The notes under the pieces were generated by a model, which saw only the letters and a list, made by a program, of their open reading frames with translations, did not search any database and had not been told where the DNA came from. Of a stretch of DNA of 64,000 nucleotides, positions 62,241 to 64,000 are shown piece by piece. The translations under genes and the position numbers were made by a program. Origin of the DNA: Prevotella sp. (lineage in GTDB: Bacteria > Bacteroidota > Bacteroidia > Bacteroidales > Dysgonomonadaceae); the NCBI GenBank assembly GCA_031285625.1, contig JAITVV010000070.1:41532-105531 (forward strand). Reading direction: 5' to 3'. The stretch's first letter is position 1; every line of letters begins with the position of its first letter.

Positions 62241-62338
62241 CGTTTATAAATTTAAATTAGTTATCAATACGAAAAAACATAACTGCCTTCTTTAAAATTT
62301 CCTCCGAAGGCGATTGCTTAACAGTAAATCTTGCTAAG

Positions 62339-62479
62339 TTATTTTTTAGAAGATTTATTGTTTTTAGTGCTACTACTTTTTGAAGCAGTTGGAGTAGTTG
62401 TTTTCTTTGCTGTACTTTTTGTCTGGCTTGAACTTGTCTGAGCCTTTGTTGTACTTTTTAAATCTTTTTTTGAGTCCAT
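62339..62479 (-). CDS. Small Lys/Ser/Thr-rich hydrophilic protein (46 aa), not in the ORF track
   Basis: MDSKKDLKSTTKAQTSSSQTKSTAKKTTTPTASKSSSTKNNKSSKK*, starting 17 nt after the catalase stop behind an A-rich leader. Confidence 0.55.
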   Translation of the reverse strand: MDSKKDLKSTTKAQTSSSQTKSTAKKTTTPTASKSSSTKNNKSSKK

Positions 62480-62496
62480 AATTTCGAGTTTTTAAA

Positions 62497-63447
62497 TTAA
62501 TTACCTTTTGAATTACTATTATACTCACTCCATTGAATATCCTTCTCCGAAGTAGAATTTTTGATTTCCTGACTTTTTTGCTTACTGATTTTCTTATCCA
62601 TTTCCCGAACTGTTTTTTCGGTACGGTCTGTTCCGGTAGACTCTAATTCTGTAAGTCCATTAGATTGCAGTACACAATCCTGAACATTATCGATATATTG
62701 CCATTCTTCTTTTAATCTCGAACTCTTACCTTCGTTCCAAGGTCCGCGGGTATCATCTCCTTTCGACATGTTGAAATAAAGATTACTATATTTCGGATTG
62801 CCTTGTAATACTCCGGGTGGAAAGTTCGGCTCTATTGTAGCTAACGCTGCTTCAAACTGTTGGAAGTGTACAATCTCCCGTGTCATCAAGAAACTCAATG
62901 TTTCTTTTACATACGGATCATCTGTATATTTGAAAAGATATTCGTATACAATTTTTGCCCTCGACTCAGCTGCTATATTGGATCGCAAGTCAACTGTAGG
63001 CTCTCCGTTTGCATTTACATAACTACCACACCATGGTATGCCATTACTATCGGTAAGCATAGGCGATCCGCCTGATAAAACTCCGAACTGTGGATTAATA
63101 GTAGCTGCATGAATAAAGTCTTCCTTAGCCGATTTTCCTTTCATCGTTTCATTGATCTCCGCTTCATCGGCCATATCCTTCAATTCACCGTTTATTCCGG
63201 TAAGTAGCATCTGGATAGTAGCACCAACGATTTCAAGATGGCTTAGCTCTTCTGCTGCAATATCCATCAGCAAATCATAAATTTCAGGATGAGGATTTTT
63301 ACAGGCAAATGCTTGTACAAAATACTGCATAGCCGCCTTTAATTCTCCATTACCTCCGCCAAATTGTTCCAGCAAGAGTCGTGCAAACCGTGGATCAGGT
63401 TTGGATACCCTTGCATTAAACTGTAATTCTTTTACATGATAAATCAT
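62497..63447 (-). CDS. Manganese catalase (KatN/YdbD-like)
   Basis: Motifs EQFGGGNGE, EELSHLE, DLRSNIAAE and REIVH. Confidence 0.92.
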   Translation of the reverse strand: MIYHVKELQFNARVSKPDPRFARLLLEQFGGGNGELKAAMQYFVQAFACKNPHPEIYDLLMDIAAEELSHLEIVGATIQMLLTGINGELKDMADEAEINETMKGKSAKEDFIHAATINPQFGVLSGGSPMLTDSNGIPWCGSYVNANGEPTVDLRSNIAAESRAKIVYEYLFKYTDDPYVKETLSFLMTREIVHFQQFEAALATIEPNFPPGVLQGNPKYSNLYFNMSKGDDTRGPWNEGKSSRLKEEWQYIDNVQDCVLQSNGLTELESTGTDRTEKTVREMDKKISKQKSQEIKNSTSEKDIQWSEYNSNSKGN

Positions 63448-63893
63448 ATGACCTTCTATTTTAAGTTAATTAAAAACCGGGAATGAAAGTTTACCACCTA
63501 AATTATTACCTAGGATAATTTATACTATAGTAGCAAGCTTTTTTGTAACATTTAAACAGTAGAAAAAACGGAATAGTTTTTCAGAAAAAGTTAAATAACA
63601 AAATTTAATATACACATTTACAGATTGTTATATGTGTAATTTATTCTTTTTTAAAGAAGTCTGTTGTTTTGATTTTAATTTTTTAACACATAGTTTCTAT
63701 GTAAAAATAAATTTAACTCACTAAGAAAGAAGAGGTTATTTGTGAGTCTGAAAAAACACTATAATTGTTACTTAAACTAATTATAACGAGTTTGCAATGA
63801 TAAAAGTTTTTCATTCTTTACATTTCTTTGATTGTAAACATTTTATGCAAGAGTTGTGTTTTTATAGATATCAATATCTCTTGGAAAATCCAG

Positions 63894-64000
63894 TGAGCAT
63901 TGCCCCTCGTGCCAGTCTAAATTGACCCCATGTACCAAAATATGTTTGACCCTTTTCGCCAAAATAAAAATGTCCCCTGTCGGAATATAAACCAACAGGG
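63894..64000. mobile_element. Probable terminus of an IS21-family element; transposase lies outside the window
   Basis: The sequence switches from AT-rich DNA at a TG dinucleotide, followed by three imperfect direct repeats: gccagtctaaattgacccc, accaaaatatgtttgaccc and gccaaaataaaaatgtcccc. Confidence 0.55.

Overview
An AT-rich Bacteroidota chromosomal segment, probably Dysgonomonas-like; this is inferred from gene content and TAnnTTTG promoters, and no search was run. Positions 1-22.1 kb are an accessory sugar-utilisation locus resembling the Bacteroides ribose-utilisation (rus) system: SusC, two ribokinases, a RusR-like protein and a GRP-family permease. It carries a cobalamin-dependent methyltransferase operon (corrinoid protein, three URO-D/MtaA-fold enzymes, a stand-alone MetH reactivation domain, a GH38-like lipoprotein and an MFS permease). 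It also has two GH172/DUF2961 enzymes and a triple-discoidin GH13-like protein. This locus is the best candidate for an undescribed system, namely B12-dependent demethylation of a methylated sugar. The remainder is mostly housekeeping: frameshifted prfB, S9 peptidase, lolA-like, trxB, ffh, an inositol-lipid cluster with an ITPK1-like ATP-grasp protein, pdxA, rlmN, pgi, gpsA, lysS, MATE, tldD/pmbA, folK, queA, truB, uppP, ftsX, galM and a type I coaA. Small insertions include an orphan Imm51, a FISUMP protein and a duplicated terminator/promoter unit that may encode an sRNA. The window ends in an AT-rich block (APH, truncated GNAT, Mn-catalase/YciF stress genes) and a probable IS21-family terminus. 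All family calls come from motif recognition by eye.
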